From: Eledone cirrhosa
Taxonomy: Eukaryota
Assembly: GCA_964016885.1 (NCBI GenBank)
Contig: OZ024746.1
Coordinates: 40,672,001 to 40,736,000 of the forward strand
Direction: 5' to 3'
Length of the DNA: 64,000 bases
The notes beneath the pieces are model-generated. The model saw nothing but the letters and a program-made list of their open reading frames with translations, made no database searches and had not been told where the DNA came from. Made by a program: the position numbers and the translations under genes. Positions 1-11,222 of this stretch are shown one piece after another (positions within the stretch are counted from its first letter, which is position 1; every line of letters starts with the position of its first letter).

Positions 1-93
1 TAATGGAATTTTACCTGTACTTACATTGGGACATAAACAAATATCACAGCTATTAAAATAATTTTATGAAAAACAAAAAAGCATTAAACTTAC

Positions 94-211
94 ATAGATG
101 GATGTAGATCATCGAAATCGGTAGTAAAATCATTGAGTAGAATATGTGCATCTTGCATTTCATCTCTTTCGCCTTTCATTTCTTTTACATAACCTTTTAA
201 ACAATAATTAA
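94..211 (-). CDS. ILKAP: ILKAP coding exon 3 (INYCLKGYVKEMKGERDEMQDAHILLNDFTTDFDDLHPS), start of PP2C domain
   Basis: tttcag acceptor, gtaagt donor, 118 nt; PP2C motif-1-like GxRxEMQDAH. Confidence 0.92.
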
Positions 212-3200
212 CTGAAACAACAAACATGATTAAAGGTAAACGATATAGAGAGAGATGGTAGTTGTATATAACTAATACATTATAATCTGTTTACAATACT
301 TACCGTATATATTCATATATAAGCCAAGAAATATGTGACCCCCAAAAAAATTGATGGTTGAATAGGGGAAGTGGAGGTTAACTTATATTCGAGGTCAATA
401 TTTTGCTGATTTTACCAAGTAAATGAGGTGCTAAAATATTTTCACTTTGGAGGTGAATATTACACCAGTTTCAATTTGGAGGAAGGGGGAGCCAAAACTA
501 AAATCTATGATTTTTATATAGCTCTCTATCCTTCATTATTAAGTGGATTGGCAGTGTCGGTAGAGGGTCGGGCGCCATGCTTTGACGCATAGAGTTACGG
601 TCCTTGCCATTCTGAGTTCAAATCCCGCCGAGGTTAACTTTGCCTTTCATCCTTACGGGGTCGATAAAATAAAGTACCAGTAATGCACTGGGTAATTGCT
701 GGCCTAGTGCCAAAAGTAGAAACAATTATTAAAAGATACTTTAATAGCAAGTGCTCATTACTGTCAGCAACGATTTGCGTTGGACAAAGCATGTCTCTAA
801 GATTGTCAAGAAGGCCGAGGGTGTCTTGGCATCACTCAGCAAGACCTTTGTTAGCCGCTCTCCAGCCATCTATTTAAAGCTGAATACAGCTATGGTACGA
901 CCACACTTGGAATTCGCATCATCAGTCTGGAACCCCTATCTTGCTCAGAACATTGACCTCCTGGAAACTGTTCAGAGACGTGCAACCAAGCGCATACCCT
1001 CCATCAGACACCTACCATACTCTGAACGCCTTGCTTCCCTGGGCATGGATTCATTGAAGCTCCGACGTCTGGCAATGGACTTGGTGAATACCCACAAAGT
1101 TTTTAACCATCTCGCCAATTGCAACCCTGAGCGCCTCTTTGATCTTCATGTGTCTAACACACGTGGACATGCCTACAAGATCAGAAAACAGCACAGCTCC
1201 CATGACTTTCGTAGACATTTTTTCACGCTCAGAGTTGCTGAAGCATGGAACAAACTGCCTGCGTCAGTTGTTAGCTGCCGAGACACTGCATCCTTTAAGA
1301 CACTCATGCTTCCCGAAATACGCCAAAACTACACCTGATGTACGCCTTCCATACACATGCACACGTGTGTATTATGACTCGTGCACTGTTCATTTTACTG
1401 ATGTTTGTGCATTGCCCTATGTACTGTACATGCACTTTTTTGATGAGTTGTGGTGCACCTGGGCACTGTACACAATATTTCATTATTGTTATTATTATAT
1501 CATGACTCATACACTGTTCATTTTCCTGACATTTGTACATTATTCTATGTACTATACATGCACCTTTTATGAGTTGTAGTGCACCTGAGCACTGTACACA
1601 ATAATTTCATTATTATTATTATAACAACTGTTATTTTAAAGAGCATACATTGGTTAAGTTGAAGATACAAGATTTCCAAGAAAATATTGAAAATAATTGA
1701 TGTCTAAAGCAAACAGTATTAAATGAGAAATTATCAAGAGGAGTACTGGGGTCAATATAATTGACTTTCCCCATTTTAAAAAATTTGCTGGCCTTGTGCC
1801 AATGTTAAAAAGTATTATTAATTATAACATACTTGAATGTTTTTGTTTCGCTGTAGTTGCATACACTTCATCAACAGATGATGCTGAGGCTTTTCTTTTT
1901 GTGGCTGCACCATTTGTTGTTTTAGCTTGTTTCTCTTCATTGTTGCTTTCTTTATTTTCCACTGAGGTTGACTGCTGACCTGAAAAACATTGATATTAAT
2001 GACAAACTAAACATACATAACACAAAATCAATACATAATAAACTAATACTATTGTTATTGAAACACTTGAAACTGTCCTAGTTTCTCTGATACAAAACGG
2101 TTTATGTTTATTTAAACCCTTTAGCATTTACATTACTCTATATTTACTATTGTATTTTTGTGGTAAAAGCTTTATCTCACATAATATCAAATCTACAAGA
2201 TTTTGATATTATTTATTTTGAGAACCATACCTTAAAATCAGTATGAGCAGCCTGTTACAGCCAGTTTGAACAGAAAAAGGTGAGGGAATTCTGGCTGGAA
2301 ATAGCCAGTTGAAATGCTAAAGAGATAAACCGTTCTATCATAATATTTTGCAAGAACCTTTGTTAACTTGTGATCCAAACAACAGCTTAATGAAGCGAAA
2401 GTTAATTATATTACTAAATGTTTCCAAATATTTTACTTTTCAAAATAGTTTGAAAAACATAAGCAGCAACTTTCATTAAAAAGATGGTAATGAAAGGGTT
2501 AAATCAAGTTTTTAGAATAAAGTAATTATCACAATTGGTTAGTTCATTAGACTAACCAGATCAATATGTATTGATAACTTTCAATCTTGTTTCCTTCAGC
2601 ATCACAAAGACACACCAAGAAAATAATATTGTACCTCACCTATTCTAAATATGAACAACACACAACTAGAACTCTCAAGGTCGCTACAAATACTAGGCCT
2701 CATCACCTCTGAAGATATCTCTTGGTGAACATACATCTGAGCCAGAAAATACTTCAGTCCCTAACAACTAACCCACTTCAAAGCTCAAATGAAGCACTGC
2801 TCCTATACCTGCAATACAGATGTTAGACTGGACTAAAAAAGAAAAAAACACCAGACCAATTCCTATGAAGATGTACACCAACGCACATTAAACTCTGGTC
2901 TTTTCTATCGTTACAACATTGGCTTATGCTGACCTTTTGCCACATTGAGCTAGGTACTCCAAATTCACTTGTCTCTTCTCTTCTTGTCACCAATATTGTC
3001 TGCTGCCTACCCCACTCCCAATCTCACATCTAATCTTAGACAATCCATAGTTTAAGACCAAACCAATGTTTGAAAAAGCAACATAAAAAAAGGCTAACAA
3101 TTACAAGGTGGGTATATAAAGAATTATTTGGTTACTCATTGCAATCTCATTAGAAAATTGACCCATCATGATGGTTGACCATTTATTGTGGAAGCTTACA

Positions 3201-5964
3201 GAAGAAATGCTAATTAAGAGAACATTTTCTTTTCTGAGTGATGAACAAGAAATGAGTTTTCTCGATGAAATGTTCCTTTAAAACTAAAACAACAATATAG
3301 ATAGACTATTTTTCAGTAACTGCAAATGAAAAATGCAATACATCTACTAAGAGGGAATAGTACTAATGATTCAAGACAGGATGAGTGAAAGCCAAAACAC
3401 AAGTAAAATGCCAGGTTTAGAGCTGTATAATCCAATATGCAGAATTAACGTAAAGATTATTTTTAATAACCTCAGTAGCAGTCCACAGCCAAATTTTTAC
3501 CAGCACATGCTTATTTAAAGAAAGCAACACGTAATGTGTAACACTAATCATGCAATCTACATAGTAACCAACATGCCATGTAACCTCAATTAATCTTGTC
3601 TGCACACGACACAACCTAATCATTGTTACAGAGCCAACAAAGACAGCCTCTATGTTGTAGATCTACATGCTACAAAAAGCAATCAAATGTTCCCAAACTC
3701 CCACTATCACAGAAAATTATCAAACATGAACTAGAAATTGAAGTCAATTGTAAAAAAAAAAATAAAAGCTGAAGTGTAAAAAAAAAAAAACACACACGTG
3801 AATCAGTTAAATGGGATGCAAAACTGTACTAGCACCGAAATAAAGATGAAATAGTCGTGGCTGAAATATCTTCGATCAGTGGTGTGCTTAATAAGGACTG
3901 AGCAGGGCCTACATAACATCAACAATAACACCTAAAATGCTTGGATTTTATATTAATGATATTACATATACTATTTACACACCCTTCGAAGCATGCAAGC
4001 TTCATTTCTTTCCAATCTTCATAGATTCTCTGCACACTGTACCCAGGCCTCACTGTAAAAGACACATCACACCACCGGAAACTGAACTCACAGTCTCATG
4101 ATCGTGAATCAAACACCATAACTACTAAGCCACGAGCCTTCACACCTGCATACTTTTAAACACAGGGTATAAGTGTAAGGGTAAAGACCCCCTTCGGTCA
4201 CGAATGACCATGAGATTTGCACCTAGAAAGTTCCCCTCCGAAGCACAAGACCGGGAAAGGTTGATTGTGGAAGACCAGCAGTCACTCATGTATACCAGTC
4301 TCCCCTCTCCACGCCACCGATGTTGTCCAAGGCAATGGCCGATACAGCTTGGAACCAGTGGCGTCGTAACTCATTTCTACAGTTGAATAAACTGGAGCAA
4401 CATAAAATTAAGTATCTTGATCAAGGATACAACGCATCATCCGGTCCGAGAATCGAACTCACAGCCACTTCACAAATGAATAAAATTCTATATAAAAAAA
4501 AACAAGAAAAAAGAAAAGCACTCTAAAACCCCGACCACCTTCCTCTCCAAACATATACACGCTCTTAGCTCTAACTCCCAAGCAAAACGGAAGGGCCAGT
4601 ACTCTCATTCCAACTACATAAGTTTCGGTCGGAAAAAAACCCCGTGACTTCAGTCCCTTTCAATTTTATTTAGCGTATTGCCTCCTTCGCTAACAAGGAA
4701 ACCCTTATGTGGTCATGCAACCAGCTTCAAATAGTAGCCAAATCTCCCTCAAATCACACCCTACCGTCTTAAAAAAGACATACTAGATAATGCAGTCATT
4801 GACAATAAGAAAGAACGGTTATAGTTGGAATGTATTTAATCATAAGTTTGCTTGATCAGGGCTGACGTGGCGTTAAAACCATGTTTCGTCAAACTTACTG
4901 GTACTAGACATTACCTGCCTTTCTCTCTCTTAAAAAGGCCTTTTAAGAAGTTCCCCCAAGTAAAACATTTTTCGGTCCTTGAAACTAAAGCTATTGCTTA
5001 AAATATTTCATCTATTTTATTTTTTATTTTTATTATTTCATTTTTACACCTGTTATTTCTCTTTGGCCCACCAGGATGTGGGAATGGAAAAAATAACCAC
5101 ACTGGCGGCAACATACAGACCAACTTAAAACGAAGTTCAACCTCTTGCCTGAAAAAATTTACCCAGCAAGCATCCAACAAAATACACTAGTGTTATCTAT
5201 ATATAGTAATTTTACATGTTAGCTAATAATTTATCATTAGCTTATGGGTAAGGTTAAATAATTGCGTTATGGTTAGGCATCTACTACAAACACGATTTTT
5301 GTTTTCGATCATAACTATATTATTTATGTATTTGATGTCTTTTATTATTTATGTCTTTTAAAATGAATAACGTTGCAATTGCTGTTACGTGTTTTTTTTA
5401 ACAATTGTTTACACAGAATTATTTTGTTTAGCTCCTCCCTGTAGGATAATAAATAATCCCTCAACATTATGTTTATTCTTCATTAGAATTTGACAAGCAA
5501 TTATGTAGCGGCATGAACTAATAGTAATAATTTCTACATATTGCGCTACGTTGTGCATGTTGAATCATTACCATTGACATCATTAGCTTGACAAGATTGT
5601 TGTTTCAAACACATCTCTGGACAAAGCCGTTCCAGGCGTGACAATCCCGTCTTTTGTAGTGTTGTATGTAGTACATCATCATTATCTAGTGAGTTCTTTT
5701 TCAAAACAACAAGAGCGTGATTTATGGAAGGTTTAGCTGCAATTTCCAATAGGTCAAACAACCGCATAGAAGTTCCTACGTTGGCTCATGTGTAAACTAA
5801 CAATTAAATCAAATTTCATTCGTTATATATTGTGCATTATGTATGTATATATTAAGAAACATAGATTATTTATGTTTCATAAAAAGAATAAGAGGCATAA
5901 TTCTTTTAACAATTCAATAAAAATTCATATCACCTGGCTCTGGTAAATCTCCGAACAGATCCAT
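94..5964 (-). CDS. ILKAP: ILKAP (integrin-linked kinase-associated PP2C phosphatase), 5' part; join complement(5934..5964,1833..1979,94..211), continues beyond window start
   Basis: N-terminus MDLFGDLPEP and LKGYVKEMKGERDEMQDAHILLND match ILKAP as I recall it (human LKGYVAERKGEREEMQDAHVILND). GT-AG sites present, phases 1,1,2 consistent. Confidence 0.92.
301..395 (+). mobile_element. Possible Tc1/pogo-like MITE remnant
   Basis: TA|CCGTATAT...TATAAGCC start and a complementary ACTTATATTCGAG; degraded. Confidence 0.3.
543..730 (+). mobile_element. tRNA-derived SINE with Meta-like core, tail type 1
   Basis: A/B-box-like head (tggcagtgtcgg / gagttcaaatcc), core GCCTTTCATCCTTACGGGGTCGATAAAATAAAGTACCAG, tail GGCCT(T/A)GTGCCAAAAGTAGAAACAATTAT; many copies in the window. 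Confidence 0.85.
742..1621 (+). mobile_element. CR1-clade LINE, 5'-truncated (ORF2 C-terminus, 3' UTR, (ATT)n tail)
   Basis: VRPHLEFASSVWNPY, QRRATK, YSERL, RGH..K, FFTLRV..WNKLP; second copy at 20200. Confidence 0.9.
1833..1979 (-). CDS. ILKAP: ILKAP coding exon 2 (GQQSTSVENKESNNEEKQAKTTNGAATKRKASASSVDEVYATTAKQKHS)
   Basis: tttttcag acceptor, gtatgt donor, 147 nt open in phase 1-1; low-complexity linker with KRK. Confidence 0.82.
2117..2324. mobile_element. piggyBac-like MITE family A (degraded)
   Basis: CCCTTTAGCATTTA start; homologous to copies at 8601, 23179, 26873 and 31408. Confidence 0.7.
4195..4470 (-). mobile_element. tRNA-derived SINE (CORE-like centre)
   Basis: Reverse complement resembles 28834-29150 (B-box gagttcgattctcggacc, ccttg..caag). 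Confidence 0.7.
5934..5964 (-). CDS. ILKAP: ILKAP coding exon 1 (MDLFGDLPEP+G)
   Basis: ATG at 5964-5962; donor CCAG|gtgata; 31 nt, phase 1. Confidence 0.9.
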
Positions 5965-6135
5965 TTGTAGACTGATAAAGTGAAGCAAGGAAAAGATAAT
6001 TCATGTTTCGTCAAGGGAGATAATGCAGTTTGTTTGTCAATCGGTTGATATTTATAGAAATGTATTATTGTAGATGTTAAGTTACTTGACTATAATTTGC
6101 TGAAATTTTATATCAATACCGTTTTGTAAGGTTTG
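5965..6135. promoter_or_regulatory. Putative bidirectional promoter / 5' UTR region shared by ILKAP and CDK5RAP3
   Basis: ILKAP ATG at 5964 points left. The CDK5RAP3 ATG exon starts after an AG acceptor (8854), so it needs an upstream non-coding exon. Candidate donors at 6126 (gtaagg) and 6131 (AAG|gtttgt). Inference only. Confidence 0.4.
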
Positions 6136-7304
6136 TTTCTTTTATCATTATCTAGTAAAGGCTTTTAAAATATGCATTTGGGATTTTTTAATCCTTATAT
6201 TTGTTGAAACAAATTACAAGTACAATTTGTTTACTTGTATTGTATATAACTGACAACGTGTCAAAGATCTTATTTTTTTAAAAAGTCATAATACAATTGT
6301 TTTAAACTTAATTTGGTCAAGAAATAGAAAATATTTCGACAAATACACGAAGAAATATATATATCAATTGAAGAATTTATACTGATGAATGTTTATTTTT
6401 ATTTCTTAAATATCCCATATGTTGATCTAACCATGAATATTTTGTTAAAATGAAAGCAAAAACAAAAGGAACTAATTGCATTTTATTGATAAAAGACACG
6501 AGATATATAGAATATTAATTAATATCAGTTATACCAACTACATTGTATTTACCATAAGGTTCCATACCGTATGCTTTTTATGTGTAACTTCTGTCCAATA
6601 CGTAATTTAACTCTAGGTATCAAGCTTTTTAATTTTATTTATAGTCTAGAACCGATAAAATGATAAAGATGAGCTATTTCGACAGTTTCTTCCGAAACAT
6701 TTACTCCCCAACAACTGTTAAATTCCTGATTGTTTAGTATATAATTCGGTTTCGATTCTCTGTTATATTTACACAATCGGTAACGTTCTGAGACTTGGGC
6801 TGTGTGAGAAATAAATATGATATCGCCTCATTGTGAAATACTACTTGATAATATATATATAAAACAATAGTCCAGTTGAGAGGATAGTTACGTTTTCTTT
6901 TCTATTGCAATAACTGCAAAATATATCATTAATTAATTTTATACTGAAAATGTTATATATCATATTTTTCTCTCTTAAACACCTCTGTGCTTTATTACAT
7001 GATTTCAGTAGCATATAAGTATCACAATGAGAAGAGGTTGTTAGCCCCTCATTCAAGCTTTCTTTGTTTCATGAGAAGAGACGTTGTGAGAGGTCTCCTG
7101 TGACCCTTTTTTACAGCCCAATGTATCAGAGAGTAAAGTGGGGAGAGAATCGACACAGTATTTGATTGGTATTTTATCGATCTCCTAAAGAATGAACGAC
7201 AAAGTTAACCGCAGTTGTATTTGAACTTAGAGCGCAGAGAATCGAAACAAATATCGCAAGGTATTCTAAAAACGCTTTAACAACTGCCTTATATAATAAT
7301 TGAA

Positions 7305-7494
7305 TTGCCATCACTAGCGACTCGCCTAACCGAGGTAACTGGTGATGCTCGCGAAGGCGCTTGGCTGTTCTAGCGTATCAGCCTCGCCATCACCTGAGGT
7401 AACGCTGCAAGCGTGCTGGCTTGCCTCTAAAATTATTAGAGAGGATTTCCAGTGCACCTCGCGATGGCCTTGTGCCTAAAGTAGAAACAATTAT
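7305..7494 (+). mobile_element. 3' end of a CRE-like (RLE-type) non-LTR element plus short 3' tail
   Basis: RLTEVTGDAREGAWLF*RISLAIT*GNAASVLACL*, homologous to the C-terminus of the 36399 ORF. Confidence 0.7.
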
Positions 7495-7881
7495 CTTTTG
7501 TTCTGGCAGCATATGTAATCTTTCCCGGGTTTTGATTCGAGTTACTTATGAGTGGTGCTTTTAAATTAGATTTTAACACAAAGTGCGACACATTCTTAAG
7601 TATTTCTAGCAAGATTAGGCCACCCTTACTTTTTTCAGTGTTTGTTGTACACCTATTTGTCTGCCATGAATTTGCATTATAAGGCTAAATAGCCTGTTAT
7701 TTTTTTTATTTTTTTAAAAAAGTTATTATCATTCTCTACAGTCAGTTTAGAAGAATGCCTGGCAAATTATTCTAAAAGAGTTGTTTAGTCCTTTTGATAC
7801 AAACCTCCCCAAGGCCTCTGTTTCTATGAAACATGACCACCAAACAACTTAAATTGAAATTTTCCAGCATTATCTTACATA

Positions 7882-8270
7882 GTATCGGTAGAGGGTCAGA
7901 CACCATGCTTTCCGGCATAGTTACGTCGCTTTACGATCTGAGTTCAAATCCCGCCGAGGTTGACTTTGCCTTTCATCCTTACGGGGTCGATAAAATAAAG
8001 TACCAGTAATGCACTGGATGATTGCTGGCCTTGTGCCTAAAGTAGAAACAATTATCTTACATAAGGGTGGTGGATTCGTAGTATCGGTAGAGCATCGGAC
8101 ACCATGCTTTGTGGCATAGAGTTATGGCTCTTTACGTTCTGAGTTCAAATCCCACTGTGGTTAGCTTTGTCTTTCATCCTATAATATAAAGTACCAGTAA
8201 CCAATTGGAGTCGATTTAATCGACTTCCACCTTTCCCAAAATTGTTGGTCTTGTGCCTAAATCAGAAACC
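7882..8270 (+). mobile_element. Two tandem Meta-like SINEs nested in a piggyBac-like MITE (~7790-8402)
   Basis: First copy (7882-8050) has 13-bp TSD attatcttacata at 7869-7881 and 8051-8063; second copy is 8064-8270. Confidence 0.8.
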
Positions 8271-8600
8271 ATTATTTTATATGAGAACATTTTGTTGCGT
8301 TACAAATACCATACCATCTTAATGAAATTGTAATTTCCCAAATTTTTCATTAATTAATTAAAATACAAAGTATTTCATTAGAAATATTGTAATCAAAAGG
8401 CTAGACCAATCCTTTCTGTAAATGAACATAATGGGTATATATGTTAAAATGATTTTTGATGACTTCAACTGTGAACACCAGCAAAAATTAATTCATCATT
8501 ACTTATGTCAGAATGTAATAGGTTTGTAAGGAACTCTGTATGAAACTGATCTGGGTCATTGATTTCTAGAGAGTTAGATTGTTATCACTATCATATTTAA

Positions 8601-8793
8601 CCCTTTAGCATTTAAACCGGCCATATCCAGCCAGAATTCTCTCGCCTCTTCCTGTTCAAACTGCTCATACTTATGTTAAGGTATTTTTCTCAAAATAAAT
8701 AATATCAGAATCTCATAGATTCAATATTATGTGAGGTAAAGTGTTTACTGTGAAAATACAATAGTAGATATAAAGTAATGTAAATGCTAAAGG
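8601..8793. mobile_element. piggyBac-like MITE family A
   Basis: TTAA|CCCTTTAGCATTTA ... TAAATGCTAAAGG|TTAA. Confidence 0.85.
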
Positions 8794-8875
8794 TTAAGGC
8801 TTCCTGAATTGTGACATTTTCAACATTAAAAATAATTTTTCTATTTAATTTCAGGATTTCTGAAGAGTTGGCACC

Positions 8876-8936
8876 ATGACTCAACAACTTAATTATGAAG
8901 AGCTTCCAATAGACATACATTATAACAAGCTAGCAG
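8876..8936 (+). CDS. CDK5RAP3: CDK5RAP3 coding exon 1 (exon starts 8855)
   Basis: [20 protein letters not shown]+G; ttcag acceptor ends 8854; gtatgg donor. Confidence 0.93.
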
Positions 8937-10992
8937 GTATGGGAACAATTACTTTCTAGATGATGTCTTTTGTGCTGTAGTTCTGAAGTTTTTTTGCTTG
9001 TTTTTGTTTTAGAAAATATTTCTGAAGCTCTTAGGCTACCCTGCACAGTTTGGTATCACACATTATCAGCAGGAAGATTATCTATATATATATATCATCA
9101 TCATCATCATCATCATTTTACGTCCGCTTTTCCCTGCTTGCAAGGGTGGGACGGGTCTTATTCAGCACAGCATCTCTCCACTCGTCACAGTCCTTTGTCA
9201 TTTCCACCGTGAGCTTCAACGATCTGAGGTCTGTTCTCACCACCTCCGCCCATGTTTTTCGTGGTCTACCTCTACCACGTCTTCCTTCAACTGGCATTTC
9301 CTGGCACTGCTTCACCCATCGGTCATCCTCCATGCACATCACATGTCCATACCACCTCAGTCTCCTCTCCCATACACTACATTCTATCCCTCTCAGACAC
9401 AGTTTCCCTCTCAACACATTTATGCTGGGTCGTTCACGCCCATCCAACGGAGCATGCTTGCCTCATTTCTCTCCAGCCATCGCATATCCTCTGCAGTTGC
9501 TGCCCATATCTCACTACCATGCAGCATCGCGCTCCTCACACAGGCATCATACAACCGGCCTTTCGTACGCAGGGAGAAACCCTTCTTCGTCAGCAGAGGA
9601 AGCAGCTCCCTAAACTTCTTCCAACCCGTCCTTATTCTAGATACTATGGCCTCGGAACACCCTCCTCCCATGCTAATTTGATCTCCTAGGTACTGGAAGC
9701 TATCCACCACTTCTATAGCTCCCTCCTGCATTTGAAAAATGTGTCTATCAATGCGACTTCTAATGTCTAATTTCCCTGTACATCTACTGCATACATATTT
9801 CTCCCTACCTCTTAGTTTGCCTGCTATCCCGCTACATCTCTTGTGTACCCAGGATCGGCATTGTGTGCATTTTATAGAATTTATGCCAGTTCTTTTTCTG
9901 CATATCGAACATGGCCATTTCCCTGACGGAATCAGAGTTTTGTCCTCTTTTCTACTCATCAACACTTTTGTCCTCTTTTCTACTCATCAACACTTTTGTC
10001 TTAGCTAGGTTCACTCTCAGTCCTCTTGCTTCCAAGTGCTGTTTCCATAGCCAGAATTTATTCTCTAGCTCCTCTACTGATTCTGCTATAAGAACCAGAT
10101 CGTCAGCATAGAGAAGTTCCCATGGACAGCCAGTCTTAAACTCCTCTGTTATGGCTTGGAGGACTATAATGAACAAGAGCGGGCTGAGGACCGAACCTTG
10201 ATGTACTCCTACTTGTATCTGGAATTCCTCACTAAACTCCATTCCTACCCTGACTTTACTGAGAGTACCTCTGTACAAAGTTTGTACTGTCCTCACAAGC
10301 CATTCCTCAACACCTAGCTTCCTTAGGGAGCACCAGATGACAGATCGGGAACCCTATCAAAGGCCTTCTCTAGGTCAACAAAGGCTAAGTATAGTGACTT
10401 ATTTTTCTCTAAGAACCTCTCTTGCGATTGTCTCACCAAGAAGAGGGCATGTGTTGTACTCTTCCCAGGCACAAAACCAAACTGCATCTCATCTAGTTTG
10501 ACCCTAATTAGTTGTGCTAATATCCTTTCTGCCACTTTCATAACCTGATCCATCAGTTTTATACCCCTATAATTGCTCCTCCATCTCACCTCTTGCACGC
10601 AGCATCTCCACTATTTCAGCAGACCTACCTCTAAGTGTGCCGACATTAAGTGTTGCAACTCTGAGATGCGACGTCTTCATACTTTGTTGTTGTTCCTATT
10701 TGTTGCTGTGCTGATAAGCGTTTTGGCATTGATACACTGGTTGGATGCCCTTCCTAACACCAGTGCCACTTTACAGCATGGACTGGGTGCTTTTATTTGT
10801 GCCACCAGCACTGGAGAGGGTGTCTTACTAGACTCAAGGGCCCTCTCTACCCCTCCATTTTACAGCATGGTCATTAAAAAAAAACAAAAAAAAAAACACT
10901 TATTGACATGACACACACACACACCACCACTCATTAGTGCATACAAACACACACACCACCACTCATTCATGCATACAAACACACACACCACT

Positions 10993-11023
<31 letters not shown>

Positions 11024-11182
11024 GTAGAGGTTATATTTAATTTGTTGGGATACAACAATAAAACTAATCTATATTATATTTTATCTGATGAAAGCGCACC
11101 ATAATCTGCCTTGGTGGCCCTTGAAATATGTATAATGAAATAAATATGGTTTTATAAATATAAATTCTATTTGTTAATATAT

Positions 11183-11222
<40 letters not shown>

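Noticed and set aside
1-30. Possible next ILKAP exon after a minus-strand cag at 15-17
   Set aside because: A phase-2 join gives ATG TAA; the expected VFDGHGG exon must lie outside the window
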